From an uncultured virus (IMG/VR IMGVR_UViG_3300037115_000242) (Duplodnaviria; Heunggongvirae; Uroviricota; Caudoviricetes), in the IMG/VR virus record IMGVR_UViG_3300037115_000242: a DNA stretch of 64,000 nt. One strand, 5' to 3'. The notes below the pieces were generated by a model. It saw only the letters and a list, made by a program, of their open reading frames with translations, had not been told where the DNA came from and did no database searches. Shown piece after piece: positions 37,549 to 46,527 of this stretch. The position numbers and the translations under genes were made by a program. Numbering within the stretch: the first letter of the stretch is position 1; each line of letters begins with the position of its first letter.

Positions 37549-38162
37549 ATCGCCAGTCAAAAGGCACACCCGTTGGTGGACAGTTCGCGCAAGACCGCAA
37601 GCCGGAGGGCGGTGACATCTTCACTGGAATAAGTCAAGACCGAGGGTTCGAGATACTTCGTGAGATGGGGGCGAATGACGATGACGTCTATCGCTTCCTC
37701 GAAGAAGTGGGAGATCGTGACCGCTACGAGCGCGAAGACGTAGAAGAGTGGTGGGCCGCTAGGTCGGGCCGTGTGGTCGAGGTCGACAGTTCTGGCACGG
37801 CATGTCTTGTCCATCCCGACGGAAGGCGCGAGTGGTCGAAGAATGGTGAGCCGGTGCCGCCGCCTATCGGGACAGAGATCAGCCCTTCTGAAGCCCGTGC
37901 TCTGCCGAGTTACACCGAAGTGATGGTGACGTTCGACACGACTCCTGATCGAGAGTTCCGACTCATGGCTCGGGACCTTCCACGCTGGACCTTCCTCGGA
38001 GTCGGTGCGGGTTCTGACCGAGAGACGCGAGACTCGCACTTGCCGAGACGATTCACCAACCTCGACACCGGCTTTGAAGTTTTCCTCGGAGGAGATGAAG
38101 GCATGAACTCGGCAGAGAGCACCGTCAACATGACCAAGATTCGAGTGAGCGGTCACGGATGA
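37545..38162 (+). CDS. Leader-tagged protein 12
   Basis: MNRQSKGTPVGGQFAQDRKPEGGDI. Confidence 0.87.
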   Translation: MNRQSKGTPVGGQFAQDRKPEGGDIFTGISQDRGFEILREMGANDDDVYRFLEEVGDRDRYEREDVEEWWAARSGRVVEVDSSGTACLVHPDGRREWSKNGEPVPPPIGTEISPSEARALPSYTEVMVTFDTTPDREFRLMARDLPRWTFLGVGAGSDRETRDSHLPRRFTNLDTGFEVFLGGDEGMNSAESTVNMTKIRVSGHG

Positions 38163-38821
38163 CCAATCGTCAGCCCAAGGGCACACCCACCGGAGGTCAG
38201 TTTGCAGAGGGTCGCAAGCCCGAAGGTCTTGACTTATCGGCGGAAGACCTCATTAGATCAGTAAGGGGAGACGCACTGCGAGGACTGAAAAGGATTGGCG
38301 ATGGAGCCTATGGCTACAAGGGCCACACCATCACTAAGAGCGACTGGACTGGTTGGGAATGTCACACGGAGACTGGTACGGTCAGTCGTGACTCTCTTAC
38401 CGAGATGAAGTACGCGCTCGACAGCATCGTCATCAAAGAGACTGAGCCACGTACAAAGATGCGCGTCACCAACAGTTCTGGCAACGAGTTTGAAGTTCGA
38501 GTGATCCGCAAAGGTGAGCGGTACGGTCGAGACGACTGTCTCGTGAATGACGAGGGTAATAAGTTCTTCAACCCCAACGACCCAATCCTGGTGGAGTTTT
38601 GGGACGCGGAGCAAGACTCCGCTCACTTCCCCGGCGGGTGTCAATTCGTAAGTCGTTACGGGCTCAAAACGCTCACCGAGCGTTCAGGTGCTCACGCCTA
38701 TGCTGGCCTGAACCTTTACGGGGGTGAGCCGAAGTGGTCAATCGACGCCACTACCATGTCGGATGTCTACGAATGGCTAACACCAATTCTCGCCGAGACC
38801 GAACAGACGGAGAAATCGTGA
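38159..38821 (+). CDS. Leader-tagged protein 13
   Basis: Leader; GERYGRDDCL..VEFWD..QFVSRY..GLNLYGG..W. Confidence 0.87.
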   Translation: MTNRQPKGTPTGGQFAEGRKPEGLDLSAEDLIRSVRGDALRGLKRIGDGAYGYKGHTITKSDWTGWECHTETGTVSRDSLTEMKYALDSIVIKETEPRTKMRVTNSSGNEFEVRVIRKGERYGRDDCLVNDEGNKFFNPNDPILVEFWDAEQDSAHFPGGCQFVSRYGLKTLTERSGAHAYAGLNLYGGEPKWSIDATTMSDVYEWLTPILAETEQTEKS

Positions 38822-39501
38822 CAAACCGACAGCCAGGTGGCTCACCAGTTGGAGGTCAATTCGCCGAAGGCCGCAAGCCCGAAGGCGGTGACCTCGGCAA
38901 GATCACCGAACTCGCTATCGACTTCGGATACGGCATCAAGGTGCCCGCACACCAGCACAAGAATCCCGATGGATCGACAGGTGGCTGGGTCGCCGACACC
39001 GCACTGGTCGATGAGACTGCGTACGTGAGCAAGGACGCTTTGGTGTTTGGTTACGCCAAGGTACTGGGTACCGCGAAGATACTCGACTCCGCCTCTATCT
39101 CTCAATCCGCCAATGTCTTCACTGGAGCCAGCGTCGGTGGCAAGGCCAAGGTTTCTGGTCACTCGGTGATCCTCTCAACCAGCAGTGTCAAAGGCAATGC
39201 TGAAGTCTTTGGTACCGCCGAGATCAACGGAGCCATCGTGGAAGGTGATGCCAAGGTCTTCGGCAACAGTCGTCTGCACAGCAGTTCCTTGGTGTCGGGC
39301 AATGCTCAGATATACGACAACGCAAAGATTCGCGGGCACGTCGATGGACATGCCGACATCTGTGGCAACTCAATGATTAGTGCGGGCGCTCACGTCGGAG
39401 GGCACGTCTGTGTCTTCGGTGACGCCACGGTCTACGGCGAGTTCATCGGCAACGAAACGTTCCACGAAGGTGTGCACGGCAGAGATGCGGCGGAAGAATA
39501 A
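38818..39501 (+). CDS. Leader-tagged protein 14, left-handed beta-helix (hexapeptide repeats)
   Basis: GTG start; leader; GGWVADTA followed by A.V.G.A.V repeats. Confidence 0.87.
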   Translation: MTNRQPGGSPVGGQFAEGRKPEGGDLGKITELAIDFGYGIKVPAHQHKNPDGSTGGWVADTALVDETAYVSKDALVFGYAKVLGTAKILDSASISQSANVFTGASVGGKAKVSGHSVILSTSSVKGNAEVFGTAEINGAIVEGDAKVFGNSRLHSSSLVSGNAQIYDNAKIRGHVDGHADICGNSMISAGAHVGGHVCVFGDATVYGEFIGNETFHEGVHGRDAAEE

Positions 39502-39731
39502 TGAGCCAGCCACGCTCACCACAAGGAACTCCTACCGGAGGACAGTTCGCGGAAGACCGCAAGCCCGACGGCGGTGATCTCGCGACGGACGTGAAGCCAC
39601 TGCCACCTGGCGCGGTTGCCGGTTGCACCATTTGCGAGAGACAAGGTGGAGGTATCGCTCCTCGTCATTTCGCCAGCAAGCGATGTGAGTCCGGCGGCTC
39701 TAACCACTGTTCCTGCGACGTCTGCTTCTAA
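39501..39731 (+). CDS. Leader-tagged protein 15 (Cys/His-rich)
   Basis: MSQPRSPQGTPTGGQFAEDRKPDGGDL; CTIC..H..C..HCSCDVCF. Confidence 0.85.
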   Translation: MSQPRSPQGTPTGGQFAEDRKPDGGDLATDVKPLPPGAVAGCTICERQGGGIAPRHFASKRCESGGSNHCSCDVCF

Positions 39732-39741
39732 GAGGAGAAGG

Positions 39742-40113
39742 ATGACCGACCGACAGCCGAGCGGCACACCAGTGGGAGGTCAGTTCGCCGAAGGACGCAA
39801 GCCCGAAGGCAACGACCTTTCTCAAACGCCAGAGATGATTGTGGTCATGCCTAGTGCTGACGGTGAGCGTGCCGTGGAGTCTCCTTCGATGCGCTGTCAC
39901 GACTGCGACGGAGTCATGACCATAGGCGATGATGGCATTTCAAATCACCGCGATGACGACGGCAACATCGACTACGACACCGACCTCAACCACGTGGCGT
40001 TCACCTTGGAGGACAGCGAAGACGAGGAAGACGACGAGCCTGACGAGATGAGCGACGATTTCCCTATTTCGCTGGAATACGACACCTCCTACGAGGACGG
40101 CGATTACCAGTAG
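39742..40113 (+). CDS. Leader-tagged protein 16 (very acidic)
   Basis: MTDRQPSGTPVGGQFAEGRKPEGNDL; GAGGAG RBS; CHDC; D/E tail. Confidence 0.85.
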   Translation: MTDRQPSGTPVGGQFAEGRKPEGNDLSQTPEMIVVMPSADGERAVESPSMRCHDCDGVMTIGDDGISNHRDDDGNIDYDTDLNHVAFTLEDSEDEEDDEPDEMSDDFPISLEYDTSYEDGDYQ

Positions 40114-40151
40114 CCGTCTGCACCCATAGTGAAGGGTGAGACGGAGGACGC

Positions 40152-40979
40152 ATGACCAAACGACAGCCAGGTGGCACACCAGTCGGCGGACAGTTCGCTG
40201 AAGACCGCAAACCTGAAGGCGGCGACCTCGCACACCGTTCAACTGCGCAGAAGATCGCCGCACGCCTCACCGTGGGGACTCGGGTTCTCTGCGTAGAGAA
40301 CACCTTCATCCCTAACTCGTCAGGGGTCATCCTTGAGATTCAGAAGTCCGGCGCGAAATCGTTTGTCGGGATCGTGGTCGACCCAGCGGATCGGGAGCGT
40401 CTGAGGGCGGGATCGGCCTTCGACCTCTCTATCGGCACCGGAGCGGTACTCGACGAGGTGAACAACCAGTTCTCTAGCAACATCGTGATCAACAAAGAAG
40501 TCAAGGGACGCTCGACGTGGGAGTTCTTGCCTGACGCCACCGACGCCGAGTTTGACGACGATGCACAGCAAGACGAGTCCATCCCCGAGGAAACCAAGCA
40601 GCGATACATCGACGGCATCAAGGCTGGCTACGCCGATCTCGCGGCCATGATTCCGAGCCTCGACGTATCGAGGTATTTGCCGAACGACAAGGGACTCAAA
40701 CTCATTCACGAGTCGTCACTCACCATTACCAATGAGATGGAAATTAGCACCGGCATTGCGTGGACAGCGATCTTGAAGATGGACGGCAGAACCATCAACG
40801 TCGAGAATGACGGACGTGGTGGCTCAAACAAGTATTGGGTCGCAGACGGTCCTCACGGCTGGCAACTGGAGGCGGCACTCAACGAGGAAGTGAAGGCGGG
40901 GTTCCCCGGTCTCGCCGACGACCAAGAGCAGATCGACGACTTCTGCTCCATTCTCGATATGGCTCACGGGAGAGAGTAG
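40152..40979 (+). CDS. Leader-tagged protein 17
   Basis: Leader; motif at 40120-40128; C-terminal domain shared with protein 22. Confidence 0.87.
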   Translation: MTKRQPGGTPVGGQFAEDRKPEGGDLAHRSTAQKIAARLTVGTRVLCVENTFIPNSSGVILEIQKSGAKSFVGIVVDPADRERLRAGSAFDLSIGTGAVLDEVNNQFSSNIVINKEVKGRSTWEFLPDATDAEFDDDAQQDESIPEETKQRYIDGIKAGYADLAAMIPSLDVSRYLPNDKGLKLIHESSLTITNEMEISTGIAWTAILKMDGRTINVENDGRGGSNKYWVADGPHGWQLEAALNEEVKAGFPGLADDQEQIDDFCSILDMAHGRE

Positions 40980-41242
40980 TGACGACTCGGAATCCGAAAG
41001 GAACCCCGGTTGGCGGTCGATTCGCACAAGAGCGCAAGCCCGATGGTGTCGACTTCGTAGGAGTTGTCGAGGACACCGAGGACGAGGAATACAAAGAACG
41101 GTACTGCGGCTACTGCAAAGTCGAAGGTCACAACTTCGCGCATTGTTCGAGACGCGACATCGACGGCATCGCGATTGGCGTTGACAGCGACGACTTTCAC
41201 GAAGACATGCTCACCTATAGAGATCGAGACGAGAATGACTAA
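40979..41242 (+). CDS. Leader-tagged protein 18 (Zn knuckle)
   Basis: GTG start; TTRNPKGTPVGGRFAQERKPDG; CGYCKVEGHNFAHC (CCHC). Confidence 0.82.
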   Translation: MTTRNPKGTPVGGRFAQERKPDGVDFVGVVEDTEDEEYKERYCGYCKVEGHNFAHCSRRDIDGIAIGVDSDDFHEDMLTYRDRDEND

Positions 41243-42029
41243 CCGTCAGCCCAAGGGCACACCCACCGGAGGACAGTTCGCAGAAGGGCGCAAGCCTGAG
41301 GGCAGTGATCTCCCGGCGATCACCCGATCCAAGGGCACGGCTGTCGGCGGCTTCGTCGTTGGTGGAGGATATCGAGGCATCACCGACGACCTTGACAGTG
41401 TGGTCGAAGCAACTGCCGAGTACATGACCACCGAGTTCAATATGCCGGTCGAGATTCGTTTCAACTCTGATCGTCGCCGTGGCGGTGCGTGGCTCAACTT
41501 CGATGGGAACACCTCAGCGGTCGGTATCAGCGCAAACCAGCACGAGACGAAAAAAGAGGCTAAAGAAGGTCGGTACTACAAGTCGTTCGGCGACGACAAG
41601 GCTGGGGCTCAGGAATACCTCGCTAGTTGCGACGGAGAGGTACACCTCGACGTCTACGTCGTTGGAGAGTTCTTGCGCGACCCCAGTGAAGCCGAGGAGA
41701 CCGCCAACGGCTCTCGTCGATTGATGACACCGATTGGTAACGTCGGCGACGCTCTTACCTTCGTGCGCGAGCACACCATCGTTGGCGACTTTGCCGAGAT
41801 AGAGCGTCGTACCCTCATTCGCCTAGAGAGCATCAAAAAGCGTGATGCCCTGAAGGAGAAGGCGAACAAAGACTACGAACTAGCGGTGGGCATCATTGTC
41901 AAGAACGGTGAACACACTCGTGAGCAAGCGATCAAAGAAATACAGCCCGCGTACGCCGCTCAGTACAGAGAGTTCGAGCAGGAACTCTTCGACGACTACT
42001 GGGCTCAAATCGCGAAAGGATCATCGTGA
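41235..42029 (+). CDS. Leader-tagged protein 19
   Basis: MTNRQPKGTPTGGQFAEGRKPEGSDL. Confidence 0.87.
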   Translation: MTNRQPKGTPTGGQFAEGRKPEGSDLPAITRSKGTAVGGFVVGGGYRGITDDLDSVVEATAEYMTTEFNMPVEIRFNSDRRRGGAWLNFDGNTSAVGISANQHETKKEAKEGRYYKSFGDDKAGAQEYLASCDGEVHLDVYVVGEFLRDPSEAEETANGSRRLMTPIGNVGDALTFVREHTIVGDFAEIERRTLIRLESIKKRDALKEKANKDYELAVGIIVKNGEHTREQAIKEIQPAYAAQYREFEQELFDDYWAQIAKGSS

Positions 42030-42433
42030 ACCGTGAACCCAAGGGGACGCCGACTGGCGGACAGTTCGCACCAGGACGCAAGCCCGAAGGCGGAGACCTC
42101 CCGGTCGAGCCGATTATGACGCCGCACGGTCAACTCGTCATCAACGCCTTTCGTGCTGACAGTGGACAAGTGGTCGCCCTCATGGGTATTTTGACACCGT
42201 GCTGCAACGCCTCCGGCAAGGGGCTCTACGACGAAGATGCTGACCGTGGATACGTGGGATGTCGTCGTTGTTTCAATCCGGTCGACGACATTCACGGCTC
42301 GTGTTTCAGCGATGAAGAGTTCAAGGACGACACTCTGACGCAAGCGATTGCCGACTATTGGTTTGATGGCGACAGTGAGAAAGTCGTGGGGCTACGCACG
42401 GTGATCGCCGAACGTATGAAGGACCCCTCGTAG
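42026..42433 (+). CDS. Leader-tagged protein 20 (Zn-binding)
   Basis: MNREPKGTPTGGQFAPGRKPEGGDL; TPCCNASGKG..CRRC. Confidence 0.87.
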   Translation: MNREPKGTPTGGQFAPGRKPEGGDLPVEPIMTPHGQLVINAFRADSGQVVALMGILTPCCNASGKGLYDEDADRGYVGCRRCFNPVDDIHGSCFSDEEFKDDTLTQAIADYWFDGDSEKVVGLRTVIAERMKDPS

Positions 42434-42476
42434 TCGCACCCATAACTAGGGGTAGAACGTTCGCAAGGAGACATCA

Positions 42477-42707
42477 ATGAGGAAGCGTCAACCCAAGGGC
42501 ACTCCCGTCGGCGGACAGTTCGCTGAAGACCGCAAACCAGAAGGCGCTGACCTGTCCGAGCCGAAGTCGTATCTGCCTTCTGAATTGGAGCCGCGTCCTG
42601 ACTCCAAGTTGACGAACTTCATGCTGAAGCCCCGGTCACGATCTTTTGCGTTGGACTGGGCAGACCGGCGTCGGAAGCGGGAAGAAAAGAAGACCACGAA
42701 GTCATGA
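42477..42707 (+). CDS. Leader-tagged protein 21 (short)
   Basis: Leader plus about 50 aa; motif at 42436-42444; AAGGAG RBS. Confidence 0.8.
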   Translation: MRKRQPKGTPVGGQFAEDRKPEGADLSEPKSYLPSELEPRPDSKLTNFMLKPRSRSFALDWADRRRKREEKKTTKS

Positions 42708-43528
42708 CCAATCGTCAACCCAAAGGAACGCCAGTCGGCGGGCAATTCTCTGAAGATCGCAAGCCCGAAGGCAACGAACTATCGGAACCCTCACTCGCCA
42801 GTTGGAGACCAGTTCTTCGCAACGGAACCAGAGTGGTCGACTGGGTTCCCTCTGAACTGACCGAAGACCAATTGATGGTGCAGGTCTGGTTCCGTGGTGA
42901 CGAAGATGAAGACGACGTCAGTGACGCAGTGATGGGCGGACTCAGTCCTCGCGAAATCGCCAACACCATGTTTCAGATGGGAGACGAAGCGGTCACGCCG
43001 AGGGACTTCTACGACTTCTTCGCGGACGACGACTACGTCAAGATTGCCTTTCGACCCGACGCGGACCTCCAGACAATGATTCAGAAGATCAACGAACTCG
43101 GAGATAGTGACCGTCGATTCAATTTCTCACCCCACGACGTAGATCGCTACCGTCAGATCATCAACGACGAATTCGCCACACCAGATGGAAGTCCCGTGGC
43201 CTACTTGCCGAACGAGAAGGGCGCTGAACTGCTCTCCCGTTCGTCACTGGAAACGATGGAGGAGCACAGCACCGATGAGGGCACTTACTGGAGAGCAAAA
43301 CTCAAGGTCGAGGACTTCGTGCTCAACGTTCGCAACGATGGATTAAGCGGACCGAACTCGTACGTCTTCATGGGCATTCCTGCTGCCAGTCAGACGGACA
43401 TGCTCACCTCACTCAACGCCGAAGTGCTCAACGGCTTCCCCGGACTCGAACGAAGTGACGGCGGCAAAGACACTGAAGCACTCGATGTTCTCTGTACGCT
43501 TATCCAAGTGATCGAAGAGAACTCATGA
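42704..43528 (+). CDS. Leader-tagged protein 22
   Basis: Leader; YLPNEKG...NVRNDG...GFPGL domain shared with protein 17. Confidence 0.87.
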   Translation: MTNRQPKGTPVGGQFSEDRKPEGNELSEPSLASWRPVLRNGTRVVDWVPSELTEDQLMVQVWFRGDEDEDDVSDAVMGGLSPREIANTMFQMGDEAVTPRDFYDFFADDDYVKIAFRPDADLQTMIQKINELGDSDRRFNFSPHDVDRYRQIINDEFATPDGSPVAYLPNEKGAELLSRSSLETMEEHSTDEGTYWRAKLKVEDFVLNVRNDGLSGPNSYVFMGIPAASQTDMLTSLNAEVLNGFPGLERSDGGKDTEALDVLCTLIQVIEENS

Positions 43529-44091
43529 GTCAGTCGCGAGTTCCCAAGGGCACCCCCAAGACGGGTGGGCAGTTCGCGGCAGGCCGTAAGCCTGAAGGCG
43601 ACGACCTCGTTCTTCCTCAACGTGGTCAGGCCGTAACGACCGCCCCGTGGACACAAGAGAAACTCATTGAGCGCAAGGTCTTCTTCGCCAAGCGAGTCGC
43701 CGCACAGAACAAAGAGACGACTGGCTACGCCTACGACTGGTACGCGATGGAGAGGGTCATGGTCGCCTACGGAGGAGTGGCTGCGGTGCCACCGATGGAA
43801 CCCGAAGACAACATCTTTGAATTAGTGGACAACGGAACATTCAGTAGCGATCCCGCAATCATGAGAGAAGGAGACCCTAGCCAATGTCATGCCAACACCG
43901 CCCAGTTGTGGACCGACGGAGAGATCGACGAAATCTGTACCGGGTACGCACTCAGCGGAGACGGCCTGTGGAGACAACACAGTTGGGGACGGAAGAACGG
44001 CAAAACGGTCGAGACGACTGAGCCACGTCTGGCGTACTACGGCTACGTCGTTGAAGACCCGAAAGACTGGTCCGAAAAGCAACTTCGCTAG
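43525..44091 (+). CDS. Leader-tagged protein 23, possible transglutaminase/papain-like Cys-His domain
   Basis: MSQSRVPKGTPKTGGQF; QCHAN..TGYALS.DGLWRQHSW..ETT. Confidence 0.82.
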   Translation: MSQSRVPKGTPKTGGQFAAGRKPEGDDLVLPQRGQAVTTAPWTQEKLIERKVFFAKRVAAQNKETTGYAYDWYAMERVMVAYGGVAAVPPMEPEDNIFELVDNGTFSSDPAIMREGDPSQCHANTAQLWTDGEIDEICTGYALSGDGLWRQHSWGRKNGKTVETTEPRLAYYGYVVEDPKDWSEKQLR

Positions 44092-44123
44092 TCGCACCCA
44101 TAGTGAAGGAGAGAAGGAGTCAC

Positions 44124-45104
44124 ATGACCAATCGACAGCCGAAGGGCACCCCCGTAGGTGGACAGTTCGCCGAAGGACGCAAGCCCGAGGGCGGGGACCT
44201 CTATGTAGACGACGGACCTCAGTACCACATCTCAATGACTGAGGGCGACATCCTGACGGGCACCAAGGTGCTCGCGGCTGATGTCGCTACCGGAGACTCG
44301 CTCTACTTAGATCAGAACGACATCGAGACTGCGAGTGACTCTGCGTACGACGAGGACAAAGGCGAAGTCCGACTCGAACTCACTAACGGACGGATCGTCG
44401 ATGTCAATGCGGACGACGTGTTCATTGTCGAAGTTGCGCGAGCGGGCAGTGGTTCCACGTTCGACTTCGGCGACGGACCGGTAGCCGCGCACCAGCACCG
44501 CTTCGGACTCGGATGGGTTGCCGATACCGCCGATGTTGCCGACACCGTGTGGGTCGATCCCGAGGCGCGAGTCAAGGACAACGCTGTGGTGAAGGGTCAT
44601 GTACGAATCTTCGATCAGGCAGTCATCAGTGGCAACGCCTGGGTAGCCGACGACGCGATGGTGTGCAACCATGCAGAAATCTCGGATGACGCCAAGGTGT
44701 TCGGTCGTGCGTCAGTGAGTGGAAACGCCAAGGTGCGTAACCGGGCTCGGGTCTTCGGCAGTGCGCGAGTTCTCGACTTCGCAGAAGTACGTGGCAACGG
44801 ACTCGTCTCAGGTTTCGCACGCATCTCTTCTGAAGCGAAGGTCGCACAGAATGCCAACGTCACGGACGACGCGCACGTCACCGGCTCTGCGATCATCAGC
44901 GGACAGGCGTGGGCGAGTGGACACTCGATCATCTCCGATGGTGCCAAGGTTCATGGCGAGGCGTGGGTGTGCAACGAGTCTCGGGTGGGCGGCATGGCAG
45001 TCGTCGCGGGCACTGTCATGGTCTGTGACAAAGCGTGGGTACACGTCAACGCCGAACTCAGCGGTAGCGAGAAGATCACTGGAGATACCGAACTCCGGGG
45101 ATGA
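44124..45104 (+). CDS. Leader-tagged protein 24, left-handed beta-helix
   Basis: Leader; motif at 44094-44102; GWVADTA plus hexapeptide repeats; paralog of protein 14. Confidence 0.87.
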   Translation: MTNRQPKGTPVGGQFAEGRKPEGGDLYVDDGPQYHISMTEGDILTGTKVLAADVATGDSLYLDQNDIETASDSAYDEDKGEVRLELTNGRIVDVNADDVFIVEVARAGSGSTFDFGDGPVAAHQHRFGLGWVADTADVADTVWVDPEARVKDNAVVKGHVRIFDQAVISGNAWVADDAMVCNHAEISDDAKVFGRASVSGNAKVRNRARVFGSARVLDFAEVRGNGLVSGFARISSEAKVAQNANVTDDAHVTGSAIISGQAWASGHSIISDGAKVHGEAWVCNESRVGGMAVVAGTVMVCDKAWVHVNAELSGSEKITGDTELRG

Positions 45105-45196
45105 AATTCGTTGCACACACCGGATTTTTTGAGAAACCCCAATTGTGTAGTTTTTGCACCCATAATTAGAGATAGCAAAAAGCACGAGGAGTGAGC

Positions 45197-46231
45197 ATGG
45201 CAACGAACGTAAACCGACAGCCCAAGGGCACTCCCGTCGGTGGACAGTTCGCGGAAGGACGCAAGCCCGAGGGCGGCGACCTTTTCGAGACCACCAAGCC
45301 CCAAGATCCTGAACTTCAGGACCGTCAGGCCGCACTGATCGCCGGACTCGGCATGAAGGCCACCGTCATCGCTGCCGGAGATCGCCCACGGTTCGCTGGC
45401 GACCAGAAGAAGGTAGATCGCTGGTGGGAGCGTAAGTTCATTGCGGGTGAATACTCACCCGGCGTCTCTCCCGAGGACCGGGACTTCAAGAAGATGCCCG
45501 ATGACTACACCCCGAGCATGACGCCGGGTAACGCCACCACTCATAATCGCCGGACTCACCGTATGCACTACGCCGGTCCCGAAGTTGACATGAGAATGCC
45601 GTCGTACGCCTCGGTCAATCGTTTCGCATCGGAGAACCCCGGCGAATCATTCGACGTCCCCGTCACCGCCGAGTACCCCGGTGGCTCCATCGAAGGATGG
45701 GTCCGCGTCGCCCGCACCGAGAACGGTACGTGGCGGGCCAAGGGCCTCGGTTTCTCTCCCGAGCAGACCGCCTACGTTGACGAGGCCGTGCTGTGCGTTC
45801 TCGAAGCACGCCGACCCTCGCGAGCACTGAGTGGCGTGGCCTCACTGGTTGAAAGTCGCCGCGAGCGTTTCGCCCGACAGGGTGTGCAGGTCCCTCAGTT
45901 GGTGACGTCGGGCTGGATAAAGAATCTCGGCTACGACTCCGCCACCGACACCATGATGATGGAGACCGAGACCGGGAAGTCCTACGGCTACAAGGTGCCA
46001 CTGCGTACCTACCAGGCCGTGGCACTGGCCCACTCCCCCGGATCAGTCTTCAACCGCATCGTGAAGAAGAACGCCGAGCGGGTCGAGGTGACGAAATGCC
46101 CGAACTGCAAGCGCACGTCCGCCGTACCTGGACACAAATGTCCACCCACCATGTCCGCGCCGCGCAATGACGACGAGGTTCGTGGGGACAACACGCGCAT
46201 CCGTCGCTGGGTGAGCAAGCACCGCGTCTAA
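45197..46231 (+). CDS. Leader-tagged protein 25 with C-terminal KTSC-like domain
   Basis: Leader; SGWIKNLGYDS..GKSYGYKVP..Y..A.SPGSVFNRIVK; motif at 45156-45164. Confidence 0.85.
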   Translation: MATNVNRQPKGTPVGGQFAEGRKPEGGDLFETTKPQDPELQDRQAALIAGLGMKATVIAAGDRPRFAGDQKKVDRWWERKFIAGEYSPGVSPEDRDFKKMPDDYTPSMTPGNATTHNRRTHRMHYAGPEVDMRMPSYASVNRFASENPGESFDVPVTAEYPGGSIEGWVRVARTENGTWRAKGLGFSPEQTAYVDEAVLCVLEARRPSRALSGVASLVESRRERFARQGVQVPQLVTSGWIKNLGYDSATDTMMMETETGKSYGYKVPLRTYQAVALAHSPGSVFNRIVKKNAERVEVTKCPNCKRTSAVPGHKCPPTMSAPRNDDEVRGDNTRIRRWVSKHRV

Positions 46232-46233
46232 TC

Positions 46234-46470
46234 GTGAAGCGTCAACCGAAGGGCACACCCAAGGGTGGTCAGTTCGCGGAAGGTCGCAAGCCAGACGGAC
46301 CTGATTTCCCGGCTACAGGCGATCTTCATCTCGGTAGTGGCGCAGTTGTCGAGGCCACCATCCATGACACAGGTGTAGTTCGTGGTGAAGCCACTCTGTA
46401 CGCGAGTCGTGGGGTCGAGCCGAAGCGGAGCCTCGCCCAAAAACTCAAGAACTCACTGCGCCGCCCGTAA
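46234..46470 (+). CDS. Leader-tagged protein 26 (short)
   Basis: MKRQPKGTPKGGQFAEGRKPDGPDF. Confidence 0.8.
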   Translation: MKRQPKGTPKGGQFAEGRKPDGPDFPATGDLHLGSGAVVEATIHDTGVVRGEATLYASRGVEPKRSLAQKLKNSLRRP

Positions 46471-46527
46471 CTCCGACCGACTTATCTGATTTGCACCCAT
46501 AACTAAGGGTAGGAAAGAGGAGCACCC

